From Armatimonadota bacterium (GTDB taxonomy: Bacteria > Armatimonadota > Armatimonadia > Armatimonadales > Armatimonadaceae), in contig JAYUUO010000255.1 of the NCBI GenBank assembly GCA_043754515.1, positions 1-25,690 on the forward strand: 25,690 bases of DNA, written 5' to 3'. Within the stretch, counting starts at the first letter, position 1, and every line of letters starts with the position of its first letter. A program made the position numbers and the translations under genes. A model generated the notes under the pieces. The model ran no database searches and had not been told where the DNA came from. It saw nothing but the letters and a program-made list of their open reading frames with translations. Of the stretch, positions 1 to 9,411 are shown in pieces.

Positions 1-766
1 CTCCGGCGCACAGCGCGACTATTGAGACGAGCACCGCGCCGTAGTATGCCCGCGCCCGTCCACTCCGTTCCGCCCACGGCGTGCCGCACAGCAGGTCGAA
101 CAGTAGCACCCCCTCGCCGAAGCAGAGCCACCGATCGAACGGGAAGAACAACCAGCGCGGCGCGAACACGGAGGCCGCCAGCGCGACCACGGTGACGGCG
201 TGGAGTCCTTTCGCCATCGCCTGCCACCCGCGACCCGAACACGCCACGATGCCGAGCGCGACCACCGCGTAGAACGCCAATTCGTAGTTGAGCGTCCAGG
301 CGATGACGCTGATGTTGGCTTGTTTGACGGATACTTCCAGGAGCAGGAAGTTCGTCAGGATCGTCCACGGGGTCAGCGTGGTGAAGGTGTCGCTCATGTG
401 ACTGCCGCTGATGATGCCCCGATTCTGGGCAAGCCAGGCCGCCGCCATCAGTGCCAGGCAGAGCAGGAGCGACACCCAATAGGTCGGGAATATGCGTAGC
501 AGTCGCGCCGCGATGAACTTCTTCACGCTCTGGGCGCGGTCCAGGGTGTTCGCGGCGGCGGCGGCGATACAGTAGCCGCTGATCACGAAAAAGAGGGCCA
601 CGCCGGTGTCGCCCCAGGAGACGAGCAGGGCGAGCGGGTTCACCGCCAAGCTCCGACCCGCGTCGTGCTGGATGCTGCTGAACGAGTGGAACAGCACCAC
701 CCACAATGCCGCGAAGCCGCGCCACAGATCGAGCGACTCGTATACCCGGCTGTTCGTATTACGCAT
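1..766 (-). CDS. Acyltransferase family 3 (OafA/YrhL-like) membrane O-acyltransferase, partial (runs off the window start)
   Basis: Not in the ORF track. Manual translation from ATG at 766 gives MRNTNSRVYESLDLWRGFAALWVVLFH...GDTGVALFFVISGY...AWTLNYELAFY, matching the LDxxRGxAAxxVVxxH, FFVISGY and WTLxYExxFY motifs of the family. Confidence 0.9.
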   Translation of the reverse strand, partial: MRNTNSRVYESLDLWRGFAALWVVLFHSFSSIQHDAGRSLAVNPLALLVSWGDTGVALFFVISGYCIAAAAANTLDRAQSVKKFIAARLLRIFPTYWVSLLLCLALMAAAWLAQNRGIISGSHMSDTFTTLTPWTILTNFLLLEVSVKQANISVIAWTLNYELAFYAVVALGIVACSGRGWQAMAKGLHAVTVVALAASVFAPRWLFFPFDRWLCFGEGVLLFDLLCGTPWAERSGRARAYYGAVLVSIVALCAG

Positions 767-1090
767 AGATCCCGGAAAGTCTCCCCGCCAGGGGCGGCTG
801 AACGAGACGCACTCCTGACGCGTCTCTGTTCTCCACTCCGGGGGCGTGTTCCTTCTTTCCGGGCACGCCCCACCGGAACGATCCGCCGCCCGCACCCGCG
901 CCCACCGAAACCACCCGCCGGAACGCTTCACCGTCCGCCGTCGCGCTCGCATTCGGACACAGGGTGATGTCATCCCCGAGCGCGGCGATGCGACCGGAAA
1001 CATAGTTCTCGATCAGGCAACGCGTGGATACGTCGTCAGTCCTGTAATACCGGGGAGGAAATCCGCGCGACGCCGACTAATAATAGCACC

Positions 1091-2164
1091 ATGAGAATCC
1101 TCATCACCGGCGGCGCGGGCTTCGTGGGGTCGCGCCTCGCCCTACTTTTCCGGGAGGCGGAGCCGACGGCCAGCATCGTCGCCTTCGACAACCTCAAGCG
1201 GCGCGGCGGCGAATTGAACCTGCCCGTGTTCGCCGCGCATGACATCACCTTCGTTCACGGCGATGTCCGTTCGCGGAGCGACCTGGACGGTATTCCGGGC
1301 ACGTTCGACGTGGTGATAGACGCGGCGGCGGAACCGAGCGTCCACGCGGGCACGGGCGGCTCGCCCGCCTACGTCCTGGAAACGAACCTGCTGGGCACGC
1401 TCAACCTGTTGGAATCGGTGCGTAATCGCGGCGGGTGCGGGGCGTTCCTGTTCCTGTCTACGTCGCGGGTCTACAGCATCGCCCCCTTGCGCGACCTGTC
1501 TCTGACCGAGCGCGAAACCCGCTTCGAAATCGCGCCCGATCAGGCCGCGCCCGGCGTGTCCGGTGCCGGGATCGGGGAGTCCTTCCCGACCGACACCGCG
1601 CGCTCCCTATATGGTGCGTCGAAACTGGCTTCGGAACTGGTGGTGCAGGAGTACGCCGAAACGTACAAGCTCCCCGTCATCATCAACCGGTGCGGCGTGA
1701 TCGCGGGTCCGGGGCAGTTCGGCAAGGTAGACCAGGGCGTGTTCACGCTCTGGGTGGCGAACCATTATTTCGGCAAACCGCTCAAGTACACGGGCTTCGG
1801 TGGGAAAGGGAAGCAGGTGCGCGACCTTCTGCATCCGGATGATTTGTTCGCGTTGCTACGCGCCCAGATGGGTAACATGGCAGCGGGCACGGGCCGCGTG
1901 TTTAACGCCGGGGGGGGGCGACCTGTTTCCGTCTCGCTCGCCGAGCTGACCGCGCTCTGCCGTGACGTGACGGGGAACGAAGTCGCGATCGGTAGCGACC
2001 CCGCCACCGCCGCGGTGGACATCCCGCTGTACCTTTCGGATCATGCGCGGGCGACCGGGGCGTTCGGCTGGACCCCCCGGAAGGACGCGGGCGTTATCGT
2101 GGCGGAGATCGCGGATTGGTTGCGGAAGAACGAAGCCGCGCTCCGCCCGCTCTTCGCCCCCTGA
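1091..2164 (+). CDS. NAD-dependent epimerase/dehydratase (extended SDR, RfbE/CDP-paratose 2-epimerase-like)
   Basis: ITGGAGFVG Rossmann motif, STSRVY, catalytic SLYGASK, GKQVRD. Confidence 0.9.
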   Translation: MRILITGGAGFVGSRLALLFREAEPTASIVAFDNLKRRGGELNLPVFAAHDITFVHGDVRSRSDLDGIPGTFDVVIDAAAEPSVHAGTGGSPAYVLETNLLGTLNLLESVRNRGGCGAFLFLSTSRVYSIAPLRDLSLTERETRFEIAPDQAAPGVSGAGIGESFPTDTARSLYGASKLASELVVQEYAETYKLPVIINRCGVIAGPGQFGKVDQGVFTLWVANHYFGKPLKYTGFGGKGKQVRDLLHPDDLFALLRAQMGNMAAGTGRVFNAGGGRPVSVSLAELTALCRDVTGNEVAIGSDPATAAVDIPLYLSDHARATGAFGWTPRKDAGVIVAEIADWLRKNEAALRPLFAP

Positions 2165-2190
2165 GCGTCGGAAACGAGGGAAACAATTTT

Positions 2191-3846
2191 ATGAGACGCC
2201 CCGGAAAATCATTATCCGACGCGATACCGCTTCTGATCTGCCTGTGCCTCCTCGCGGCGTGTTACTCCGTTTCCCGACTCAAGCCGTTCTGGTTCGACGA
2301 GATATTGACGGTTTTCCCCGTGACGATGAACTCCTTCTGGCGGATCGTAACCGTCTGCCGCGAGCCGATGAATATCGCGCCGCCCCTGTACTTCTGGGTG
2401 GCCTGGCTGTACGTCCGGGTGTTCGGCCCCAGCCCGCTCTCGTTGCGGCTCCTGTCCTGCATCCCGATCTGCTTTTCGGTGCTACTACTGTGGCGGCTGT
2501 CGCGCCGGTACATGAGCGTGTTAGGGGTGACGATCGGCTTACTGGGTGCCGTTTCCGCTACCGTGCTTGTAACCCAGAATAGCGAGGCGCGGTTTTACGG
2601 GCTGTACCTGCTTTCCTCGACGCTGTTGTTCTACGCGTTCGCGGTTGTAAATACGGCGCGACGTGACGACACCCCGCCGCCATCCCGACCGATGAGACAT
2701 GGGGCGGTTGTATTTCTGGCGTCGTTGCTGTTGATCTTCACGCATACCCTAGGAATATTTTTCATCGCGTCACTACTCGTCGGCCAACTGCTGATTGACT
2801 GGAACACGCTACGTCAGCCAGGGCGGCGGTTTCTGGACGCGTTCAACCCGTGGGTTTACCTAGGTTGTACGCTCGCCGTGATCATATTCACCGTTACCTG
2901 GTTGCCGACCATGCTATCACAGCAACACGCCTTTCACGGGATGTCCAATGTCGAGAAGCCTTCCGCCGGACTCCTGATCCGCATCTTGTTTGATGACGAC
3001 CGATGGAGGAAGATTTTCTGCGCCGTCCCAATCCTTCTCTTTTTGGGTATCATGGTAGCCGGACGGCGACGTGCCGCGCCCGAGGTTGCGGCGGGCGTGC
3101 TTGGAGAGGGAGTGTCGCGTTTCGACGAGACGCATAAGTTTCTGATCATGGGGGGCTGCTATCAACTCGTCGCCCCCCTATTGATGTATTTTGCGTCTTA
3201 CGCGGGAACTGGCTTCCTTTCACAGCGGTATGTCTTCCCGCACTGGATCGGCTGGGTTGTGGTAACCGCCTGGGTGATAGATTATTGTGTTCGCCAATCC
3301 GGGCCGCGAAGGCAGGGGATCGTGCACGGCATTTGCGCTCTGTACGCCCTAATCTTCGCGGCACAGTTCGTGGTCGAAACGCGCGGCCAGATGAGAGCGG
3401 GGCGGCTCGCTTCGTCTAACATCGCCCGTCTGAAAGCTGCCGTGCGCGCGCACCCGGAAGCCGACGCCGGGGAGGGGCGTTTGCCCGTGGTTTATTCGGA
3501 CGCCATCGCGTTCGTTCCCGCCTACTTCTACCGGCAGGAGGCGAAACCGCTGTTCGTGCTCAGCGACGTCCTCAAGTCGCGGGACTACTCGACCGAGTAT
3601 GTCAATATAATCGGATTGCATTCGGTATTTGGTGTCGTCCCCGTCGTGACGAAGCAACAGATGGATGGTTATGACGATTTCGTCCTGTACGACGCGGAGG
3701 CCGTCAACCTAGCGGGCCGTTATTTCGCGGTCGGTGGAAGATACACCCTGAAGCCGGTGTGTCTCGTACCCCAGTCGGAGGGGGGCGGTGCCCAAAAGAC
3801 GGAAAACACGATACACGTTTACCGCGTCCACAAAGTGAGGCGGTAG
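2191..3846 (+). CDS. Polytopic membrane glycosyltransferase, GT-C fold (GT39/PMT_2/ArnT-like)
   Basis: Many hydrophobic segments plus KPFWFDE, PPLYF, LRLLS, SEARFYGL and FTHTLG motifs, and a soluble C-terminal tail. Start placed at ATG 2191, which avoids overlap with the upstream gene. Confidence 0.75.
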   Translation: MRRPGKSLSDAIPLLICLCLLAACYSVSRLKPFWFDEILTVFPVTMNSFWRIVTVCREPMNIAPPLYFWVAWLYVRVFGPSPLSLRLLSCIPICFSVLLLWRLSRRYMSVLGVTIGLLGAVSATVLVTQNSEARFYGLYLLSSTLLFYAFAVVNTARRDDTPPPSRPMRHGAVVFLASLLLIFTHTLGIFFIASLLVGQLLIDWNTLRQPGRRFLDAFNPWVYLGCTLAVIIFTVTWLPTMLSQQHAFHGMSNVEKPSAGLLIRILFDDDRWRKIFCAVPILLFLGIMVAGRRRAAPEVAAGVLGEGVSRFDETHKFLIMGGCYQLVAPLLMYFASYAGTGFLSQRYVFPHWIGWVVVTAWVIDYCVRQSGPRRQGIVHGICALYALIFAAQFVVETRGQMRAGRLASSNIARLKAAVRAHPEADAGEGRLPVVYSDAIAFVPAYFYRQEAKPLFVLSDVLKSRDYSTEYVNIIGLHSVFGVVPVVTKQQMDGYDDFVLYDAEAVNLAGRYFAVGGRYTLKPVCLVPQSEGGGAQKTENTIHVYRVHKVRR

Positions 3847-3900
3847 CACGGTTCCCGATAGTTAGGTACCGTTCGCGCGGATTTTCAGGAGAATGTATTT

Positions 3901-4971
3901 ATGTCTATAGCAGTTGTTACCGGTTCGTCCGGGCTTATCGGGAGTGAAACGGTCAAGTTTCTGCACGAGAAGGGTATGGATGTCGTTGGCGTGGATAACG
4001 ACATGCGCTCCTACTTTTTCGGGAGCGACGCGTCCACGAAGTGGAACACGGAGAAGCTGACGGACGCGCTCCCGCGTTTCACGCACCGCGCCGTGGACAT
4101 TCGGGATGAGAACGGTATAAACGCCCTGTTCTCGGAGTTCGCGGGAAACATCGCGCTCGTCGTGCATACCGCCGCCCAACCCTCGCATGACTGGGCAGCC
4201 CGCGAGCCGCTCACGGACTTTTCCGTGAACGCGACGGGAACCCTCAATATGCTGGAGGCGACGCGTAAGCACGCCCCGGACGCGGTTTTCCTGTTCACCT
4301 CCACGAACAAGGTTTATGGGGACACCCCGAACCGCCTGCCCCTGATCGAGACCGAAACGCGCTACGAGTGCGACCCCGCGCACCCTTTCGCCGAACACGG
4401 CATTGACGAGACGATGAGCATTGACCAGAGCAAGCACAGCCTCTTCGGCGCGAGCAAGGTCGCGGCGGACGTGCTGACCCAGGAGTACGGACGCTACTTC
4501 GGGATGAAGACCGGCACGTTCCGGGGCGGATGTCTCACGGGGCCGGCGCACAGCGGCGCGGAGTTACACGGATTCCTCGCCTACCTGATAAAATGTATCG
4601 TCACGGGTAAGCCGTATACCATCTTCGGTTACAAGGGTAAACAGGTGCGTGATAACATCCATTCGTTCGATCTCGTCAACGCTTTCTGGCACTTCTTCCA
4701 GAACCCGAGGCCCGGCGAGGTGTATAACATGGGCGGCTCGCGGCACTGTAACGTCTCGATGCTGGAGGCCATCGGTCTGGTCGAGGAGATGACCGGCAAT
4801 AAACTCACCTATACGCTCTCGGATGACAACCGGGCGGGTGATCACATCTGGTATGTTTCCGACGTCCGCAAGTTCCAGAACGACTACCCGGAATGGCGTT
4901 ACACTTACGGCCTCGACCGGACGTTACGGGAGATGGTGGCGGCGACGCAGGAAAGGAACGCGGCGAAATGA
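3901..4971 (+). CDS. NAD-dependent epimerase/dehydratase (RfbE-like SDR paralogue with FxxxK instead of YxxxK)
   Basis: [50 protein letters not shown] upstream of ATG 3901. Confidence 0.9.
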   Translation: MSIAVVTGSSGLIGSETVKFLHEKGMDVVGVDNDMRSYFFGSDASTKWNTEKLTDALPRFTHRAVDIRDENGINALFSEFAGNIALVVHTAAQPSHDWAAREPLTDFSVNATGTLNMLEATRKHAPDAVFLFTSTNKVYGDTPNRLPLIETETRYECDPAHPFAEHGIDETMSIDQSKHSLFGASKVAADVLTQEYGRYFGMKTGTFRGGCLTGPAHSGAELHGFLAYLIKCIVTGKPYTIFGYKGKQVRDNIHSFDLVNAFWHFFQNPRPGEVYNMGGSRHCNVSMLEAIGLVEEMTGNKLTYTLSDDNRAGDHIWYVSDVRKFQNDYPEWRYTYGLDRTLREMVAATQERNAAK

Positions 4972-5849
4972 TCGGCACCGACGAGACGGGCGGAACGGGC
5001 AAGACGGCGGACGCCGTAGGCGAAGCTAACGCGGTGTTGTCGGTCGTTATTCCGGCTCATAACGAGGAGGGTTGCATCGCGGAGACGGTCCAGGTACTCT
5101 ATGACCGACTCTCCGCCGAGAACATCCGGCACGAAATCCTGGTCATTAACGACAACAGCAAAGACGCGACCGAGGACATCCTGGTCGCCCTGCGTCAGAC
5201 TATCCCCTCGCTCCGCTACGTCAATAACCGCCCGCCGAACGGGTTCGGGTTCGCCGTGCGCGCCGGACTGGCGGATTTTCGTGGGGATGTGGTGGCGGTC
5301 TACATGGCGGACGCGTCCGACCGCCCGGAAGATCTGGTCGCTTTCTGGCGGACGCTCTGGCGCGAGGATGTTGACTGCGTGTTCGGCAACCGCTGGGCGA
5401 AGGGCGCGCGCGTGGTGGACTACCCGCAACACAAACTGCTCATCAACCGCGTCGCGAACGTTATCGTCGCGCTGATGATGGGGATTCGCTACTACGACAC
5501 GACAAACGCGTTCAAAATGTACCGGCGGCATGTGATGGAGGGGATTCAGCCGCTCCTCTCGCACCACTTCAACCTGACCGTGGAGTTGCCGCTCAAGTCT
5601 ATCGTTCGCGGCTACACGTTCGCGGTGGTGCCGAACGATTGGATCAACCGCAAGACCGGCGTCTCGAAACTTAAGATACAGGAGATGGGATCGCGCTACC
5701 TGTTTATCTTACTCTACTGTCTACTGGAGAAACTGCTGTCGCGCGGCGATTACCACCGCTTCAAGTACGAGAAGCAACGGCAGGCCGCCCGCGAGTTCGA
5801 GACGACCGAGGTTTTCAAGCCCGCCGTTTCCGCGCGCCAGGAAACGTAG
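4968..5849 (+). CDS. Glycosyltransferase family 2, DPM1/GtrB-like (polyprenol-phosphate glycosyltransferase)
   Basis: [48 protein letters not shown] 4968 overlaps the upstream TGA (ATGA), suggesting translational coupling. Confidence 0.88.
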   Translation: MIGTDETGGTGKTADAVGEANAVLSVVIPAHNEEGCIAETVQVLYDRLSAENIRHEILVINDNSKDATEDILVALRQTIPSLRYVNNRPPNGFGFAVRAGLADFRGDVVAVYMADASDRPEDLVAFWRTLWREDVDCVFGNRWAKGARVVDYPQHKLLINRVANVIVALMMGIRYYDTTNAFKMYRRHVMEGIQPLLSHHFNLTVELPLKSIVRGYTFAVVPNDWINRKTGVSKLKIQEMGSRYLFILLYCLLEKLLSRGDYHRFKYEKQRQAAREFETTEVFKPAVSARQET

Positions 5850-5864
5850 CGGGCCTCCAGACCT

Positions 5865-7058
5865 ATGCGGTTATACATTATCACCACGGCCGCTCCGCCG
5901 GTCATGGACGGCATCGGCCACTACACGGCGAGCCTGGCGGAGACCCTGAGGCGGCTCGATCCCGCGTTAGATATCACCGTATTCGCCCCCGACGGTTTAG
6001 GCGACTATGACCCCATTAACGGCAAGCCGGTGCGCAGAGAGTTCCGGGTGGACGACATTTCGACCTGTAACCGCCTTCTGAGCGTGCTACGCGACGAAAA
6101 GCCGGACTGGGTGCTCTTGCAGTACCAGGCGTTCGCGTACGGCAAGTGGGGGCGTAACCCGGTGCTGACGCGCGTGATGCGCGAGGCGCGGGCGACGATA
6201 CCGGGTCTGCGCCTGGCGACGATGGTTCACGAAGTCTCCGTGGTCGTGAACAAGGATTTAACCGTCGCCAACGCGAAGCGCGCCGTGTTCGCCACGTGGC
6301 AGCGGCAACAGTTCCGCGACCTGGCGCGAACATCGGACGTGGTGTTCATGAGCACCGAGTCTTTCATCCGGGAATACGCGGGCTGGTTCCCGGACAAGAC
6401 GCTCCACCAGTCGCCCATCGGGTCGAGCATGCCGTACCTGCCACTCCCCGGGGGGAACGCCGAAGCGAAGGCGCGGCTCGGCATCCCGGACGATCATCTC
6501 GTGGTCGGGCTGTTCGGCACCGCGCATTCGTCGCGCATGAACGACCTGACGGGGGTCGCGGTAGACGCCGTTCGCGAGGCGGGCCGCAAGCCGTTCGTGC
6601 TATACGTCGGACCCGACCCCGCGAAGTACGCGGCGATGATCCCGCCTTTAGTGCCGTCGCTCGTCGAAGGCCCTTTCCCCCCCGAGGAAGTGTCACGCCG
6701 TTTGCAGGCGATGGACATATACCTCTCGCTTTTCATGGACGGGGTCGCGGCGCGGCGCACCTCGTTCATCACGCCCTTGCAACACGGATTACCGGTCGTC
6801 GGCGTCGTCGGCGTCAATACGGACGGCTGGATCCGCGACGGGGGGGCGTTCGCCGGGGTCATGCTGAACGAGGGTGACGCGAGATCCGAGGAACGCGACG
6901 GCACGTTTGTCGGACGGTTCGCCGGAACGGTGCGCGATTTGGCGTCCGACGACCGTTCGCGCGGCGAACTCGGACGCCGCGCCCGCGTGTTTTTCGAGGA
7001 GCGGTTCGCCTGGGAGCGGATCGCCCGAGACCTGTTGGGCCGAATGCGCGACGCCTGA
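5865..7058 (+). CDS. Glycosyltransferase family 4 (GT-B)
   Basis: PPVMDGIGHYT, TMVHE, GLPVV and C-terminal FAWERIA, typical of GT4. Confidence 0.8.
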   Translation: MRLYIITTAAPPVMDGIGHYTASLAETLRRLDPALDITVFAPDGLGDYDPINGKPVRREFRVDDISTCNRLLSVLRDEKPDWVLLQYQAFAYGKWGRNPVLTRVMREARATIPGLRLATMVHEVSVVVNKDLTVANAKRAVFATWQRQQFRDLARTSDVVFMSTESFIREYAGWFPDKTLHQSPIGSSMPYLPLPGGNAEAKARLGIPDDHLVVGLFGTAHSSRMNDLTGVAVDAVREAGRKPFVLYVGPDPAKYAAMIPPLVPSLVEGPFPPEEVSRRLQAMDIYLSLFMDGVAARRTSFITPLQHGLPVVGVVGVNTDGWIRDGGAFAGVMLNEGDARSEERDGTFVGRFAGTVRDLASDDRSRGELGRRARVFFEERFAWERIARDLLGRMRDA

Positions 7059-7125
7059 ATCGCCGCGACGGAGAGACCGATTGATCGGCGCGTGAGCAAC
7101 GCGCCCCGACCGTTCTAGGTCCGCC

Positions 7126-7230
7126 GGGCCGCGCGGGTTCCGGCCCGCGTCGGCATCCTCTCCCGTCCGAAGGATGTCCGGCTCCGAAGGAGCCTATAGA
7201 CGTGGGTTTCAACCCGCGTGCCGACGCGGG
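7126..7230. repeat. REP-like palindromic intergenic element
   Basis: Perfect 12-bp inverted repeat (CCCGCGTCGGCA 7144-7155 / TGCCGACGCGGG 7219-7230) enclosing hairpins GGCTCC-GAA-GGAGCC (7180-7194) and CGTGGGT-TTCA-ACCCGCG (7201-7218). A degenerate copy of the latter lies at 7132-7150. Confidence 0.55.
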
Positions 7231-7322
7231 GCAAGCACATCTAAATTGTCGGCCACCCAGGTTCGGTAGGTCGGTCGGGTGGTATCCGCGATCTCCCCGC
7301 TCGTTTTCGTGGGTACGCCCCG

Positions 7323-7337
7323 TGATACAATGGGCGT
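7323..7337 (+). promoter_or_regulatory. Putative extended -10 promoter (TGaTACAAT) for DUF5693-csaB
   Basis: TGATACAAT at 7323-7331. The 12-mer TACAATGGGCGT recurs exactly upstream of the CNNM gene (20115-20126, minus strand). Confidence 0.5.
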
Positions 7338-7374
7338 CGTCACTACCTCCCTTAAGGAACACTCCTCCCGGTCT

Positions 7375-9411
7375 ATGGCTCCCTCTTCCCGTACCAGTCC
7401 CCGACGCAACACCGCACCGCTACGGCTACTTCTCTGGCTCCTCGTGTGCGTCGGCGTCGGCGTCGGCGTGCGCTCCGCGTCGCAACGCTGGAACCGCGAG
7501 CGGGAGAACCGGCGCGTCGAGATCGCCGTGGATTTCGCCGAACTGCGCTCCCTCGCCGCGTCGCAAGGGGTACCCATCGAAAGCGTGTTGCGCAAGTTCA
7601 AGGCGGCGGGCGCGACCTCCGTTGCCGCGCAGGAGGAGACGATAGCCGGGCTGGAAGAGGCAAAACTGGTGACGGTCGCGCCGGTCAACGGCTCGAAGCG
7701 CGGGACGAGGCTTGTCTTTCCTGTTGACGCGGGGGCACTGGGTGCCAGCCCCGTCGCGACTCGGGTCGCCCTCGCCATCGAACACAAAACGCGCTGGGGC
7801 GCGTCACTGCTGACCCCCGATCCCACTCCCACCTCAATGTCGCTCGCGATCCCGCAACCCTGGACCGTGGTGCGCTCGCTCGGCATCGGTCTCGATCCGG
7901 ATACCATCGCGCTGGCGCGGGGCGCGGGCTTAGGGATCGTCGGGCGCGTGAGCAACTGGGGCGGCGTGACGCCGGACGGCCTCGTGTGGGTGCTTGGCGA
8001 ACTGAAGACGCAGGGTGCTTCCACGGTGCTGTTCTCCGGCGACGAGCTGCTCGGCTACAAAGGCTACCTGATCCCGGACGGCAAAACTCCGGGTCCGCCG
8101 ACAACCGCCGACGTGCTCCGGAATCTAGACCTGTACTACGGCGCGATAGAGTTCGGCAAGCAGAAAGGCGACCCCGAACTCGCGAGGGCGGCACCGGATC
8201 GCGTCGTGCGCGTCCACACCATCCCCGGCTCCGAAATGGCCACGGCGACCATCCCCGCGTCCGTGCAACGGTTCTCGCTCGCCGCCCGCGAGCGTAACAT
8301 CCGCCTCCTCTTCGTCCGGCTTTTCCTCGATGAACCGGACCCGATAACCGTGAACACGGAGTATGTCGGCAAGATCGCCCGCGAGTTGGAACGCGGTAAT
8401 CTGGAGACCGGGATCGCGCACGGTTACGACACGCTCGGCGTCGGCAGGCTTTCCCGTCTCCTGATGGGGCTTGCCATCGGCGCGGGGCTCGTGCTACTGG
8501 CGGACGCCGTCACCGGCTGTCTCGCGGGTGGCATCGGGGTAGGGGGGGGCACTCTTGTCTGGCTGTGCGCGGGGGCGGTAGTCGCTCTCGCGGCACTCGC
8601 GTCGGGCATAGGAGTCAAGCTAGCCGCGCTCGCTGCGTTCCTGGTATTTTCTTCGCTCGGGATGCTGGCGAGTGATCTGCTCGATAAGGACACGCCGTTC
8701 AAGGCGTGGGGCCGTTTCCTGTTCGCCTCGGTCGTGACCGCGTTCGGTGCCGTGCTGGTGGTCGGCCTGCTCGCGGACCGGGTGTTCCTGGTTAAGGCGG
8801 ACGCGTTCATCGGCATCAAGGCATCCTTAGCAGTGCCGGTGCTTCTGGCCGCCCTCGTTTATGTGCTGGATTTGCGGGCGCGCCCCGACCGCCCGTTTAT
8901 TCAGGCGTGCCGCGACGCGGGGGCACGGCTCGGGCGGCTGGCGGCGCAACCACTGATGATCTGGCAGGTTCTCGCGGTCACGGTCGCGCTCGGTTTGGTG
9001 TACGTGATCCTTTCGCGCAGCGGGAATGACGGCGCGGTGGGGGTGTCCGGGGCGGAGCTAAAGACCCGAGGCTTCCTCGACCGCGTGCTGTTCGTGCGCC
9101 CGCGATTCAAGGACATGTTCGGGCACGCCGCGATGATTATCTCGCTGCTGTTCTTCGCGCGGACGCGTCGCCGCGACTGGGCGTTGCCGCTGTTCCTGGT
9201 CGGCGCGTTCGGTCAGGTCTCCTTATCCAATACGTTCTGCCACCTGCACACCCCGCTCTCGGTCAGCCTGTGGCGCGCGGGGCTGGGACTCGGCATCGGT
9301 CTGCTGGGCGGCGCCCTTATCTATGCCGTTCTGGAGCGCATGTTCTCGCGGAAAGTGCCGCCCGCGAGCAAACCCCTTGCCAGGACGGGAGCCGGAGGCG
9401 ACGCCGCGTGA
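7375..9411 (+). CDS. DUF5693 family membrane protein (csaB-associated)
   Basis: N-terminal TM then ENRRVEIAVDF, IEFGKQKG, VVRVHTI, AARERNIRLLFVR, FIGIK, VRPRFKD..GH, SNTFCHLHTP. Sits directly upstream of csaB, as usual for this family. Start uncertain (7375 preferred; 7330 or 7279 possible). Confidence 0.8.
   Translation: MAPSSRTSPRRNTAPLRLLLWLLVCVGVGVGVRSASQRWNRERENRRVEIAVDFAELRSLAASQGVPIESVLRKFKAAGATSVAAQEETIAGLEEAKLVTVAPVNGSKRGTRLVFPVDAGALGASPVATRVALAIEHKTRWGASLLTPDPTPTSMSLAIPQPWTVVRSLGIGLDPDTIALARGAGLGIVGRVSNWGGVTPDGLVWVLGELKTQGASTVLFSGDELLGYKGYLIPDGKTPGPPTTADVLRNLDLYYGAIEFGKQKGDPELARAAPDRVVRVHTIPGSEMATATIPASVQRFSLAARERNIRLLFVRLFLDEPDPITVNTEYVGKIARELERGNLETGIAHGYDTLGVGRLSRLLMGLAIGAGLVLLADAVTGCLAGGIGVGGGTLVWLCAGAVVALAALASGIGVKLAALAAFLVFSSLGMLASDLLDKDTPFKAWGRFLFASVVTAFGAVLVVGLLADRVFLVKADAFIGIKASLAVPVLLAALVYVLDLRARPDRPFIQACRDAGARLGRLAAQPLMIWQVLAVTVALGLVYVILSRSGNDGAVGVSGAELKTRGFLDRVLFVRPRFKDMFGHAAMIISLLFFARTRRRDWALPLFLVGAFGQVSLSNTFCHLHTPLSVSLWRAGLGLGIGLLGGALIYAVLERMFSRKVPPASKPLARTGAGGDAA

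Noticed and set aside
81..1094. Several short plus-strand ORFs
   Set aside because: Most are antisense to the acyltransferase and the rest lie in the divergent promoter region; no recognisable motifs.
7201..7220. GTTTCAACCCGCG resembles the start of a CRISPR repeat
   Set aside because: No regularly spaced repeat-spacer array and no cas genes; better explained as a REP-like hairpin.
7144..7230. Cloverleaf-like fold suggesting a tRNA
   Set aside because: No T-loop GTTCRA, no D-loop consensus, no 7-nt anticodon loop and no CCA end.
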